Origin: Cenarchaeum sp.
Lineage (GTDB): Archaea; Thermoproteota; Nitrososphaeria; Nitrososphaerales; Nitrosopumilaceae
Assembly (NCBI GenBank): GCA_963692915.1
Contig: OY843584.1
Location: 704,001 to 768,000, forward strand
Reading direction: 5' to 3'
DNA: 64,000 bases
The notes under the pieces are model-generated. The model worked only from the letters and a program-made list of their open reading frames with translations, did no database searches and was not told the DNA's origin. Shown in pieces: positions 1-10,399 of this stretch; the first letter of the stretch is position 1; each line of letters begins with the position of its first letter. Position numbers and translations under genes: made by a program.

Positions 1-1
1 T

Positions 2-412
2 TTGAATCAGGCATACAGAAGGCACGTATACACTGTATACACCACGAGAGGGGACAGTCAGGGATTAGAAAGCATGATATCAAAACATGGCGAGTGTTTT
101 CCGTTGACAGAGCCAACATATCCACAATTGTCTACTGCGATGGATGCAATGGGAGATAAAAGCATCATAATAATACGCGAATATGCCAACATTCCAAATT
201 CAATAGTTGCGTCTCTAGAAAAATCATGGGTCGATCTGTTTTTTGAGACAACAAAAAAAGGCATACAGTTCTATAAAAAAGAGCTCGAGATGGTCGAGGC
301 GTTACTAAATTCGGAAATGGCGACCAAAGAGCGCATAATGTCGTGGGCAAAACGGCGCAAGATTGAAACTGTAATTGGCGAATACCTGGAGGTGCAGCAC
401 TGTGAAAGTTGA
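2..412 (+). CDS. Partial (5'-truncated) putative AbiEi-type antitoxin of a type IV toxin-antitoxin pair
   Basis: Open from the window edge; C-terminal 'ASLEKSWVDLFFE' resembles the EKxxxD motif of AbiEi-like proteins; overlaps the AbiEii-like gene; AT-rich. Confidence 0.5.
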   Translation: MNQAYRRHVYTVYTTRGDSQGLESMISKHGECFPLTEPTYPQLSTAMDAMGDKSIIIIREYANIPNSIVASLEKSWVDLFFETTKKGIQFYKKELEMVEALLNSEMATKERIMSWAKRRKIETVIGEYLEVQHCES

Positions 413-1508
413 CAAGTACGATGCATCAACAATCAACAACATTTCCAAGAAGTATGGATTTACGTCCAAATTCAATATTGAAAAATTCATAATGGATTTT
501 TCTATACACAAGCTAATATCAGAAAAAATGGAATGTTGCATACGTGGAGGACTATGTAGTCCGTTTTATGTAAAGACACCCGAATCATGGAGATTAAGCG
601 TGGATATTGACTTATTCATGAAATTATCACATGAAGAAATAACAAAAATGGTTCCTGAAATTTTAATCCAAGCAGGGTTGAGGTGCAAACTACGAAAACC
701 CATAAGAATAAGCAATTTGGTGCAGTTTGACGTGTGGTATAAATCAGCATTACTAAAATTTGATGAAAATAGACGGGTGAAAATAGACATACAGTACAGC
801 ACAGATGTTGATGCATTTGCCCAAATGCTAGATAAAGGACAAAAACCATTCATTGTGGGCATTGATTACGCCATAAAGGCACTCAGACCAGGTTGCTTAA
901 TTGGAGACAAAATACCAGCATTGGCAATAGGCAATATGGGATATACAGACATATCAAAAGCTCCAAAGCAGATACATGACATTGGTTATTTGCTAGACAG
1001 TGTCGGAATAGATGATATTCATGACATATTGTCATCATTTCCAACAATTACACAAGAGAAAATAACACATGATAAATCAGGAACCACGGTCAATGATGCG
1101 ATCAACGCAATTATCGAGTTTTTGCAGAATTTGCTAATGCCGAATGATGAATTATTAGTGAGTAAATCATATTTAAATGATTTTGAAAGATTTAAGGGCG
1201 AATACCTATCAGAAAACCAGACATATGATATAAATGTCATCAAATCAAATATTCTAAAGACGCTTCTGTGTGCGCTATACATCAAAGCAGCAACAGAGTC
1301 GCGCATGAGCAAACAACAAGCATCCACACTGATGAGTGAATCACTAGTCGAATACAACAGGCTATCCGATAGCAAATATTCGACAGATGTGGAAATTATA
1401 CAAGAAACACACAGTAAAAATTTATACAACGTTAAAAAAGAGACTCTTCAAAATTTGCATCTTGTAAAAAGTGTAAACACAGTATGGAATGTAATAAACC
1501 AAGACTAA
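402..1508 (+). CDS. AbiEii/AbiGii-family nucleotidyltransferase toxin
   Basis: Motifs IEK, RGGLC, RLSVDIDL, KIDI, GDKIPAL, KQIHDI typical of AbiEii NTases; likely GTG start at 402 after GGAGGTG; AT-rich. Confidence 0.75.
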   Translation: MKVDKYDASTINNISKKYGFTSKFNIEKFIMDFSIHKLISEKMECCIRGGLCSPFYVKTPESWRLSVDIDLFMKLSHEEITKMVPEILIQAGLRCKLRKPIRISNLVQFDVWYKSALLKFDENRRVKIDIQYSTDVDAFAQMLDKGQKPFIVGIDYAIKALRPGCLIGDKIPALAIGNMGYTDISKAPKQIHDIGYLLDSVGIDDIHDILSSFPTITQEKITHDKSGTTVNDAINAIIEFLQNLLMPNDELLVSKSYLNDFERFKGEYLSENQTYDINVIKSNILKTLLCALYIKAATESRMSKQQASTLMSESLVEYNRLSDSKYSTDVEIIQETHSKNLYNVKKETLQNLHLVKSVNTVWNVINQD

Positions 1509-1790
1509 TGAAATAGTCTATTTAGGAATAACCTGTAAGAGAGTAGACAACATGCCCATGACTTAGATCACGTGCACATGTGCAACACGAACAAGCATTG
1601 GCAATATCGCGCCATGAATCATCCTGCAGAATGTCGCAGGTCGATCCTGTGTGTCACATGCGGCTCATATTCTTGACCTCGCGCCAACAAACGGTGTGTC
1701 GTCCGGCCATATGCCCCTGACGACATCGCGATGCGCGTGCGTGGTATCCACCGCAAAGGCTAAATCTGCACGACGGCGACGCGCAGCACG

Positions 1791-3053
1791 ATGGGCCTGC
1801 CACGGGGAATGAAGGACATAGAGGCCGGCGAGGTGACCGGGATCGAGTCAGTTCGCGCAGCCTTTGCCAGGACGTGCGACCTCTTTGGGTACACGCTAGT
1901 CGAGCCCTCCACGATAGAGTCACTAGAGACGCTAGAGGCAAAGAGCGGGCCGGCAATACGCGACGAGGTCTACCACTTTGAGGACAAGGGCGAGCGCGCC
2001 GTTGCGCTCCGATTCGACATGACAGTCGGCATGACGCGCAACGTGGCAGCACAGAGATCCATGCGCCTGCCTGCGCGAAGAGCCGCCTTTGGAGGCGTGT
2101 GGAGGTATGATGAGCCACAGCGCGGCCGCTATCGCTACTTTCACCAGTGGGACATCGAGGTCTATGGCGCACATGGCGCAGAGGCCGACGCCGAGGTTGC
2201 CGAGTTTACGGTTCGCATGCTAGAGGCGCTAGGCATCCAGGGCGCAACGGTGCAGGTGAGCCACCGCAAGATAGCCGAGTCTCACATACGGCACGTCACA
2301 GGCGGCGCAGGATCCCTCGCGGACATGCTTCGAGCCGTGGACAAGACGCAAAAGAGGCCAGAGGCCGACATCATATCCGAGTACGAGGCCCGCGGCCACA
2401 CGCGCGCGGCCCTAGAGGGCGTCATGCGCCTGGCCCACGCGCGAGGCAGCATCGAGGAGGCCAAAGAGTCCCTCGGCGCCGGCGAGACCGAGGGCTGGGA
2501 CGAGCTGCGCGCCGTCATGGACTCGCTTGCGCGCCGCGGCGTGGAGAACGCTACTGTCAACCTTGGCATCGTGCGTGGGCTTGACTATTACTCGGGAACC
2601 GTCTTTGAGGCATTCGGGCCAGACGGGGGCATTGGCGCGCTCGCCGGCGGCGGGCGCTATGACTCGCTCTCCGAGGCGCTCGGCGGCCCGCCGATGGCAG
2701 CAGCGGGGGCTGCCGGCGGGGTTGAGAGAACCATTCTCGCAATGAGCCCGCAGGACTCTGCGCCAAGGCCGCATGTTGCAGTAGTTCATGTAGGTGACGG
2801 CATGGACGCCGAGGCCGCAGCACTCGCCGCGCGCATTAGGCAACGCGGCATCCCCGCATCGGCGAACCCCGATCCCCGCGCGCTAAAGAGGCAGATTGCC
2901 GCTGCCGAACAGGATGGCGCGCGCGCAGTAGTCATTGTCGCGCCGCGCGAGTGGACAGCCGGAAATGTCGTCGTGCGCGACATGCGCGCGCGTACCGAGT
3001 CGACAGTTCGTGCAGATGATGTTCACGGTGCGCTAAGTGCGGCGCTCAGTTGA
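1791..3053 (+). CDS. hisS: Histidyl-tRNA synthetase
   Basis: PRGMKD, LRFDMT, RYDEPQRGRYRYFHQWDIE, RGLDYYSG, GGGRYD motifs. Confidence 0.97.
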   Translation: MGLPRGMKDIEAGEVTGIESVRAAFARTCDLFGYTLVEPSTIESLETLEAKSGPAIRDEVYHFEDKGERAVALRFDMTVGMTRNVAAQRSMRLPARRAAFGGVWRYDEPQRGRYRYFHQWDIEVYGAHGAEADAEVAEFTVRMLEALGIQGATVQVSHRKIAESHIRHVTGGAGSLADMLRAVDKTQKRPEADIISEYEARGHTRAALEGVMRLAHARGSIEEAKESLGAGETEGWDELRAVMDSLARRGVENATVNLGIVRGLDYYSGTVFEAFGPDGGIGALAGGGRYDSLSEALGGPPMAAAGAAGGVERTILAMSPQDSAPRPHVAVVHVGDGMDAEAAALAARIRQRGIPASANPDPRALKRQIAAAEQDGARAVVIVAPREWTAGNVVVRDMRARTESTVRADDVHGALSAALS

Positions 3054-3711
3054 GAAACGCGCGCGTGAGCATCATTATCTCCGGGCCGCTAGTGTACGTG
3101 CCGGCCATGACGGCCTTGTTGTTCACAAGGAGTCCCGAGGAGACATACGGCACGCCGCCGTTTATCGTCGCAAGCTCTATTCTCACCTTGAGTATCCCGG
3201 ACACAAGCGAGACCTCCTCGTCGCGCGCCTCCGGGTGTATCACTCCCCCTTGCGAGTTGGCCGCCACCATGGCGCCGGCCTGGTGGAATCCCGCTATGCG
3301 CGTCTGAACCGCCTCGACGCCAAGCGCATCGCCTACCGCCGCCGCATCTGCGCGCGGCATCTCTGGCGAGACGACAGCACCGTGCTCATTGGCGCACACG
3401 AGGTTGCCCAGGGCGGTGTATCGCGACTCTAGCAGGATGACCTCCATGCCCGTGGCCGACTCGAGGTGCTCGACCTCTGGTGCCATGGCCGTGGCCGGCA
3501 GGAGGAGCGTCTTGCCTGTGGCGACCATCATGGTCCCCAGGACGCGCGTGCCGGCGACCGAGGAGAGGATCGCCTCCACGCCCAGCTTGCCTGATATGCG
3601 CTCAGTCTTTGCGGGCGAGAACCCCCTGGGGAGAAAGACGTACTCGTCGCACGCCGCAGCGTATATCCCGATATTGGGCCCTCGGTATATGTCATGCTTG
3701 AATATGTCCAT
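3046..3711 (-). CDS. eif6: Translation initiation factor 6 (aIF6)
   Basis: GPNIGIY, GNLVCAN, ATINGG..VSSG, TSGPE motifs; start set at MDIFKHD. Confidence 0.93.
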   Translation of the reverse strand: MDIFKHDIYRGPNIGIYAAACDEYVFLPRGFSPAKTERISGKLGVEAILSSVAGTRVLGTMMVATGKTLLLPATAMAPEVEHLESATGMEVILLESRYTALGNLVCANEHGAVVSPEMPRADAAAVGDALGVEAVQTRIAGFHQAGAMVAANSQGGVIHPEARDEEVSLVSGILKVRIELATINGGVPYVSSGLLVNNKAVMAGTYTSGPEIMMLTRAFLN

Positions 3712-3826
3712 CGGATCGCAGCACGACCCACGCTCCCCCAAAGCGATATTAACGTAGGCACGCGCCTCAAAAACAGCGTTATAATTGGCCGCCCTGAGCC
3801 GTTAGTTGTCACTAAATTTGTCTAGA

Positions 3827-3834
3827 TTTAAATA
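3827..3834 (+). promoter_or_regulatory. Putative TATA box for the ferredoxin gene
   Basis: TTTAAATA ~23 nt before ATG 3857. Confidence 0.5.
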
Positions 3835-3856
3835 ATCATTGGCGGGCGTGCCTGTC

Positions 3857-4390
3857 ATGCCAATCGCGGAGAACTTTCCAGAGGGTCTAAAGCCACTCGG
3901 AAAGATCATGCACTCTGACGGGGAGAACTTCCACTTCATGTGGGGGCCCGGCAGGGGCGACGCGGAGGCGTTCTCCAACGACGAGGTAAAGGCCGCATAC
4001 AAGGCACGCGGCGAAAAGCAGGTTCCGCTCGGGGTGAGTGGCACGATGGTCGCAGTTGACTGGGACTCGTGCGTCGCCGACGGCGCCTGCATCGAGGCGT
4101 GCCCAGTGCAGGTCTTCCAGTGGTACAGAACCGAAAAGGACATCGCCGCCGACAAGGTTGTCGGTGAGACCTTTGAGGGGACAGGAAATTCCGAAAAGGA
4201 GGAGCGCAAGGACTACACCGACAAGGCGGATCCCGTAAGGGAGCACGACTGCATCTGGTGCATGGCCTGCGTGTCTGTCTGCCCCCCAGAGGCAATAAAG
4301 GTGGACCAGTCCAACATGGAGCACCACGAAAAGGCAGCGGGCACATACACAAAGCTCGAGGCCGGCGAGAACCCTCACGCTCACGACTAG
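3857..4390 (+). CDS. Di-cluster Fe-S ferredoxin (Zfx-like, thaumarchaeal type)
   Basis: [12 protein letters not shown] and [12 protein letters not shown] cluster motifs with an N-terminal extension. Confidence 0.88.
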   Translation: MPIAENFPEGLKPLGKIMHSDGENFHFMWGPGRGDAEAFSNDEVKAAYKARGEKQVPLGVSGTMVAVDWDSCVADGACIEACPVQVFQWYRTEKDIAADKVVGETFEGTGNSEKEERKDYTDKADPVREHDCIWCMACVSVCPPEAIKVDQSNMEHHEKAAGTYTKLEAGENPHAHD

Positions 4391-4477
4391 CCGTCCACAT
4401 CTGGCCGGTGCATATTTTGGATTCGCCCTCAAGGCTCGTGCCAACAAATTTTATGTGAGTGTTTTTGCGTGCGCTAC

Positions 4478-4561
4478 GCAGAGGTCGCCTAGCCCGGTAG
4501 GGCGCGGGCCTTGAGAGCCTGTGTGCTTTGGCATGCGGGGGTTCAAATCCCCCTCTCTGCG
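4478..4561 (+). tRNA. tRNA-Ser(UGA), intronless, CCA not encoded
   Basis: Acceptor GCAGAGG/TCTCTGC+G; anticodon stem CGGGC/GCCTG with loop CTTGAGA; long variable arm; T-loop GTTCAAATC. Confidence 0.95.
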
Positions 4562-4562
4562 C

Positions 4563-5525
4563 TCACTTTTTAGCTGCAAGCGCGCCTAGCTCATAGAGCA
4601 TGGCAGATAGCTGTATCTCTGGGCTTGCGCCCACAAGGATGCGATAGTCGTACTCGGAGATCGTGCGCACTAGGCTCTCGGCACCCTCAGGGGACGCGCG
4701 GTTTATCGCCGCATTGATCCCGCGCAGGATGTCGGCTCCGGACATGCCATACACTCGCAGCAGCTCGATGACGCGCTCACGCGCCTTTTGGACCTTGCCG
4801 GACAGCACAAGCTTTAGGACATCGTCTAGCTGTGTCGCCTTTGCGATTCCGGCTGCCGACTCGGCGTTGGCCACAGTGACTCCCCCGCCAAGCGATGCGG
4901 CAACCTGCATCGTGTTTATCGCATGGCGCAAGTCGCCTCCCGAGTTCTCATACACTGCCATTATTCCGGCCTCGTCAAACTTTGCGCCCTCCTTTTTTGC
5001 TATCTGCGCGAGGCGCTCCACGATCGCCTTTTCGGGCACCGCCGTAAACCTAAACACCGCACAGCGGCTCTGGATGGGCTCTATTATCCTCGAGAGGTTG
5101 TTGGCTATGATGATAAACCTGCAGTGCTTTGCCGTGTCCTCGATAATCCGGCGCAGCGCAGTCTGCGCATCAGAGGTCATCTCGTCGGCCTCATCAAGTA
5201 TGATGACCTTGAATGGTATGTCTCCCATTCCGGCATATCTAGAGAACGTCTTTACCCTCTCGCGAACCATCGCAATCCCTCGATCGTCTGACGCGTTGAG
5301 CTCAAGCGTATGGTCACGCCACGAGTCGCCAAGGACATTGCGGCACACGCACATGGCCGCAGTAGTCTTGCCGGTTCCCGGCGAGCCGGCAAGGAGCAGG
5401 TGCGGCATCTCGGCGGGCTTTTTTGCGAGTGCGGCAAGGCTGCCGACAGTATCCTTTTGGCCCACAATATCTCCAAGATCCTGCGGGCGGTGCTTTTCTA
5501 CCCACATTACGCCATGGATGGCCAT
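4563..5525 (-). CDS. rfcS: Replication factor C small subunit
   Basis: WVEKHRP, GSPGTGKTT, LELNASDDRG, DEADEM, SRC motifs. Confidence 0.96.
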   Translation of the reverse strand: MAIHGVMWVEKHRPQDLGDIVGQKDTVGSLAALAKKPAEMPHLLLAGSPGTGKTTAAMCVCRNVLGDSWRDHTLELNASDDRGIAMVRERVKTFSRYAGMGDIPFKVIILDEADEMTSDAQTALRRIIEDTAKHCRFIIIANNLSRIIEPIQSRCAVFRFTAVPEKAIVERLAQIAKKEGAKFDEAGIMAVYENSGGDLRHAINTMQVAASLGGGVTVANAESAAGIAKATQLDDVLKLVLSGKVQKARERVIELLRVYGMSGADILRGINAAINRASPEGAESLVRTISEYDYRILVGASPEIQLSAMLYELGALAAKK

Positions 5526-5550
5526 CAGGCGGCGCATGGACCGCCGACTA

Positions 5551-5558
5551 TTTATAAA
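5551..5558. promoter_or_regulatory. Palindromic TATA box between divergent rfcS and GINS-MCM
   Basis: TTTATAAA in the short divergent intergenic region. Confidence 0.5.
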
Positions 5559-5622
5559 CTAGTGCTGACCTGACAAGTTGCATGACGCGCGGGCGGAATT
5601 GCGCAGACGGAGCCGTGTACTG

Positions 5623-6150
5623 ATGGCCAAGTCAACTGAGATATCGGCAGCCCAGGCAGTCGGCAAGACAGGATTTGACCTAGAGGAGGTAAAGGTGACG
5701 TTCACCAAGGACATTGCAACGTCCGTCTCAGGAACCGACATATCTGGCAAGGAAGGCGACGTGCTAAACCTGCCGCGCTGGATTGCGCGCGTCCTCGAGG
5801 ATGACGGCTATGTGAGGATCGACGAGTCGAGCACAGAGCCTGAGCTAAAGCAGGCCATATCAAAGGAGAATGCGCAAGACGACTACCAGCTCGCCAGGCT
5901 GGATGACCACTTTTACATACGCGTAAAGGCGCACATGGAGCGCATACCGCAGCAAAAGCGCGACGAGATGAGCAGTATACTCAACTCGCTTGTGCGCAGC
6001 AGGGTCGCAAAGATAGCGCGCCTTGTCATATCATCAAAGCTCAGCGCCGCCAATGCCGAAAAGCTCACGATCGAGGAGCGTGGGCTCTATGAGCAGATGC
6101 GCAATGCGCACGACGAGTTCGTCGAGCAAGCCACGGGGGGAACGGCATGA
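5623..6150 (+). CDS. GINS complex subunit (Gins23-type)
   Basis: LPRWIA and LDDHFY motifs; directly upstream of MCM with ATGA overlap. Confidence 0.82.
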   Translation: MAKSTEISAAQAVGKTGFDLEEVKVTFTKDIATSVSGTDISGKEGDVLNLPRWIARVLEDDGYVRIDESSTEPELKQAISKENAQDDYQLARLDDHFYIRVKAHMERIPQQKRDEMSSILNSLVRSRVAKIARLVISSKLSAANAEKLTIEERGLYEQMRNAHDEFVEQATGGTA

Positions 6151-8252
6151 GCGAGCAGGTGGCTCCCGAGGAGAAGAGCGCCCCGACGGTTTCGGCCATG
6201 TCTGACATGGCGCGCGACCTCATGCTCACGCACCGTGACCGCGACGGCACGCTCTCGTACGTGAGGCAGATAGACGAAATGCCGTCAAAAAACTCCACGT
6301 ATGCGGTAATTGACTATAATGACCTGGTGACCGAGGACTCCAAGATGACGCGCGTGTTCACCGAGAACGCCGACATGGCACTCGATGCGTTTGCTGCTGC
6401 AATAACCGAGATACTAGGCATAAAGTTCCCCGACTATGCCAAAAAGCACGAGCGTGACATACGCGCGCGAATAGTCAACTATCCATTGCACCGCAGTCTC
6501 CGCAAGATCAACTCGGAGGTGATCAGCAAGATGACAAGCGTGTCCGGAATGGTCGTGAGGTCATCTGAGGTAAAGCCGCACGCGCACGAGATTACATATG
6601 TCTGCCCCGAGGGCCACCCAAACAAGGTCGTCCTCCTCAAGGGCATGAGCGTCTCGCCGCCGCCCAAGTGCACGTTCCAAAAGTGCGACCACCGCGACCT
6701 CGAGGTCGACGAGGCCAAGAGCAGGTTTGTCGACTTTCAGATGATGCGCCTGCAGGATCTCCCCGAGGACATACCGCCCGGCGGCATGCCCGAGTACATT
6801 GACGTGAATGTAAAGCAGGACCTAGTCGACAATGCGCGCCCCGGCGATCGCATCGTGCTGACGGGCATTGTGCGCATAGAGCAGGAGCGCGTGACGGGCA
6901 TCCCGCAGGGCAAGAGCGGCCTCTATAGGTTTCTCATGGACGGCAACAGTGTCGAGTTTCTTGGCGGGCGCGGCTCCAAGGTTTCGCGCACGACAGAGCG
7001 CGAGGCAGTCTCGCCTGAGGAGGAGCGCGAGATACAGCTCCTTGCGCGCGCGCCAGACACGTACGAGCGCCTCGTACAGTCGTTCGCTCCACATATCATG
7101 GGTCACGAGATAATAAAAGAGTCCATACTCCTCCTCATAGTCGGTGCGCTTGAGAGGCGCCTGCCTGACGGCGGCAAGATTCGCGGGGACATCAACGTGT
7201 TCCTTGTGGGCGACCCCGGCACGGCAAAGAGCGCAATGCTAAAGTTCTGCTCGCGGATCGCCCCTAGGGGGCTCTACACGTCAGGGAGGGGATCGACTGC
7301 AGCTGGCCTGACAGCAGCAGTCATACGCGACAACCGTAGCGGCATGATGATGCTAGAGGCCGGCGCAGTGGTCCTCGGCGACCAGGGCCTAGTCTGCATT
7401 GACGAGTTTGACAAGATGAAGCCCGAGGACAGCAGTGCGCTCCATGAGGTCATGGAGCAGCAGTCAGTCAGCGTGGCCAAGGGCGGCATCGTCGCGACGC
7501 TAAACGCGAGATCGTCCATACTTGCGGCGGCAAACCCAATGTACGGCAAGTACGACCCATACAAGAATCTATCCGAGAACGTAAACCTGCCAATTCCGCT
7601 GCTCACTAGGTTTGACCTCATATTTGCCGTGCGGGACACGCCCTCCAAGGAGCGCGATATGAACATCGCGCGCCACATCATAAAACTGCACACGACGAGT
7701 GGGATGCCGGCGAGATCGCTCATAGACCCCGACACGCTCACAAAGTATCTCGCATACGCAAAGCACGGCGATCCACAGCTGACCACAGAGGCCGAGAACA
7801 AGCTCATCGAGTACTATATGAAAATGAGGAACGTAGACTCTGAAGACATGATAACGGTCACCCCCAGGCAGCTCGAGGGCCTAGTGCGCCTCGCGATGGC
7901 GCGCGCGCGCCTCCTCATGAAGCCGCGCGTCGAGGAGGAGGACGCCGAGCGCGCAATATACCTGGTTCAGACCATGCTCCAGGATGTCGGAGTTGATGTC
8001 AACACGGGCAAGGTCGACATGGGGGTCATACACGGCAAGCCGCACAGCGAGATGAGCAAGCTCCAGATATTCATGGACATACTAAAGTCGCTAGAAGGCT
8101 CGCCAAAGGAACCAGTAGAGGAGAAGGCACTAGTTGACGAGCTCATAAAGTCCACAAAGTTCGATGAGGACGAGGCTCGCAAGTATGTCGCAAAGCTGCA
8201 GCGCGAGGGCGTCATCTACGAGTCGCGCACGGGCCACTATAACAGGACATGA
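6147..8252 (+). CDS. mcm: Replicative helicase MCM
   Basis: Zn finger, GDPGTAKS, LEAGAVVL, IDEFDKM, AANP, LTRFD; no intein. Confidence 0.98.
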   Translation: MSEQVAPEEKSAPTVSAMSDMARDLMLTHRDRDGTLSYVRQIDEMPSKNSTYAVIDYNDLVTEDSKMTRVFTENADMALDAFAAAITEILGIKFPDYAKKHERDIRARIVNYPLHRSLRKINSEVISKMTSVSGMVVRSSEVKPHAHEITYVCPEGHPNKVVLLKGMSVSPPPKCTFQKCDHRDLEVDEAKSRFVDFQMMRLQDLPEDIPPGGMPEYIDVNVKQDLVDNARPGDRIVLTGIVRIEQERVTGIPQGKSGLYRFLMDGNSVEFLGGRGSKVSRTTEREAVSPEEEREIQLLARAPDTYERLVQSFAPHIMGHEIIKESILLLIVGALERRLPDGGKIRGDINVFLVGDPGTAKSAMLKFCSRIAPRGLYTSGRGSTAAGLTAAVIRDNRSGMMMLEAGAVVLGDQGLVCIDEFDKMKPEDSSALHEVMEQQSVSVAKGGIVATLNARSSILAAANPMYGKYDPYKNLSENVNLPIPLLTRFDLIFAVRDTPSKERDMNIARHIIKLHTTSGMPARSLIDPDTLTKYLAYAKHGDPQLTTEAENKLIEYYMKMRNVDSEDMITVTPRQLEGLVRLAMARARLLMKPRVEEEDAERAIYLVQTMLQDVGVDVNTGKVDMGVIHGKPHSEMSKLQIFMDILKSLEGSPKEPVEEKALVDELIKSTKFDEDEARKYVAKLQREGVIYESRTGHYNRT

Positions 8253-10399
8253 GGACGACAGGGCTCGGACTGCCCGAGGATGCACGCAAGTTCCTGACTG
8301 ACCAGGGGTTCACAAAGCTCTATCCGCCGCAGGCCGACAGCGTGAAGGCCGGACTCCTCGATGGCAAGAGTGTCCTGGTCTCGGCGCCGACGGCGAGCGG
8401 CAAGACGCTCATTGCGCTAATGGGCATACTCGCGTGCATTGCGCGCGGGGCAGGCAAGGCGATATACCTCAGCCCGCTGCGCGCACTAGCCTCTGAAAAG
8501 CACAAAGAGTTCAAGATGCTCGAGAATACCACAGTCGGCGGGGTCACGCCAAGGGTGGCAGTCTCCACAGGCGACTATGACGCAAGCGATGCGGCCCTGG
8601 GGCGAGCCGACGTCATAGTCCTGACGAACGAGCGCATGGACTCGCTCATGCGGCACAAGCCATCATGGATGGAGAATGTCGGCCTTGTCATATCTGATGA
8701 GATACACCTGATCGGCGATGCCGACCGCGGGCCGGCCCTCGAGATGGCCATATCGCACGCAATATCATCAAGCAGGCCCCCGCAGATACTGGGCCTTAGC
8801 GCGACTGTCTCAAATGCCGACGTTCTTGCAGAGTGGTTGGACGCGAAGCTCGTGAGGAGCACGTGGAGGCCCGTGCCGCTGCGCGAGGGCGTCTATGACG
8901 GCGGGACGGTTCGCATGTTCGACGGCAAGTCCCACGACATTGAGGGCACCGTGCGCGGGCCGGCAGTCGACCTTGGCATAGAGGCCGTGGCCGACGGCGG
9001 GCAGTCCCTAGTCTTTGCCACCACAAGACCCCGATCCGTGTCAATGGCGACAAAGGCTGCCACTGCCGTCGTGCAGATGATACCCAGAAAGAGCAAGGCG
9101 CGCCTTGATGCGGCAGCAGGCCGCATAACTGCCGAGAACGAGCGCACCGAGACGGTAAAGGCCCTAGCCGCACTCGTAAAGCAGGGAGTCGCGTTCCACC
9201 ACGCCGGCCTCAACCAGGGGTGTCGCGACATAGTCGAAGAAGAGTTTCGGGCCGGCTCAATACGCCTCGTCGCCACGACGCCAACGCTGGCCGCCGGAGT
9301 CAACCTGCCGGCGAGGCGCGTCGTCGTCTCATCAGTCATGAGGTTTGACGGCCGGCGCGGCGGCATGTCCCCAATAAGCGTCCTAGAGTACAAGCAGATG
9401 TCCGGCAGGGCCGGAAGGCCACAGTATGACGACCACGGCGAGTCGATAATTGTCGCCGGCCGCATGGGAGCCGACATGGCCGAGGAGTATATCGGGGCAG
9501 AACCCGAGCCAGTAGAGTCACGCATGACAGACGCGCGCGCGATGCGCATACACACATTGGGCCTCCTTGTCATACGCTCGGCGCAGACCAGGGAGATGAT
9601 TACGGAATTTTTCATGAAGACGCTTGCCGGAAAACAGCTCGACGAGGACAGCATTGGGCGCGAGGTCGGCAGTGCGCTGCGCTCCCTAGCAAAGAGCAAG
9701 ATGGTGATCTCAAAGGGCAAGGGCAAAAATGTCAGGCACATTGCGAGCAGCATGGGCGAGCTCGTCTCGAGGCTGTACCTGGATCCCAGCACGGCCACAG
9801 AGTTCCTCGAGCTCCTCGACATGGCATCAACAAGGCGCGACCACACGCTCGGGCTGGTTCACGCAATAGTCGACTGTGGCGAGTTTTACCCAAAGTTTGC
9901 CCCGCGCGAGCGTGACCGCGAGGCCGCCGAGGAGCTCCTCGATGCGCACTCTGAGGAGCTCGTGTGGGTGGTCAGCCCCGATGAGATCTCAAAGTCGACG
10001 CTCGCGCTCCACGCGTGGGTCAGCGAAGAGTCCGAGACGTCCATCGCCGCGGCCCATGGCGTCGAGTCCGGGGACCTGCACCGCATAAGGGAGAGGGCCG
10101 CGTGGATTGCGCACTGCCTCTCGAGGATTGCAATGCACGAGAGGCGCAGGACAATAGCCGAGGAGGCCGAGAACCTGGAACGGCGGATATCGTACGGCAT
10201 ACGCCCCGAGCTTCTCGACCTGGCAAGGCTAAGGGAGGTCGGCAGGGTGCGCGCACGCGACCTGTACAGGGCAGGATACACCGACAGGAAGGCGCTGCGA
10301 GGTGCTGACGTTAAAAAGATCGCAAAGATAAGCAACATGGGCAAAAAGGTCGCCGAGCGCATAATGGCGCAGGTGGACAGGGGGGCGGGCCGGAGTTGA
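8249..10399 (+). CDS. hel308: Ski2-like SF2 helicase Hel308/Hjm
   Basis: APTASGKT, DEIH, GLSAT, FHHAGL, TLAAGVNLPA, QMSGRAGRP; C-terminal VGRVRAR. Confidence 0.93.
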   Translation: MRTTGLGLPEDARKFLTDQGFTKLYPPQADSVKAGLLDGKSVLVSAPTASGKTLIALMGILACIARGAGKAIYLSPLRALASEKHKEFKMLENTTVGGVTPRVAVSTGDYDASDAALGRADVIVLTNERMDSLMRHKPSWMENVGLVISDEIHLIGDADRGPALEMAISHAISSSRPPQILGLSATVSNADVLAEWLDAKLVRSTWRPVPLREGVYDGGTVRMFDGKSHDIEGTVRGPAVDLGIEAVADGGQSLVFATTRPRSVSMATKAATAVVQMIPRKSKARLDAAAGRITAENERTETVKALAALVKQGVAFHHAGLNQGCRDIVEEEFRAGSIRLVATTPTLAAGVNLPARRVVVSSVMRFDGRRGGMSPISVLEYKQMSGRAGRPQYDDHGESIIVAGRMGADMAEEYIGAEPEPVESRMTDARAMRIHTLGLLVIRSAQTREMITEFFMKTLAGKQLDEDSIGREVGSALRSLAKSKMVISKGKGKNVRHIASSMGELVSRLYLDPSTATEFLELLDMASTRRDHTLGLVHAIVDCGEFYPKFAPRERDREAAEELLDAHSEELVWVVSPDEISKSTLALHAWVSEESETSIAAAHGVESGDLHRIRERAAWIAHCLSRIAMHERRRTIAEEAENLERRISYGIRPELLDLARLREVGRVRARDLYRAGYTDRKALRGADVKKIAKISNMGKKVAERIMAQVDRGAGRS

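Noticed and set aside
4478-4561. tRNA-Ser as an integration site
   Set aside because: No integrase or duplicated 3' end seen; rfcS ends 2 nt away
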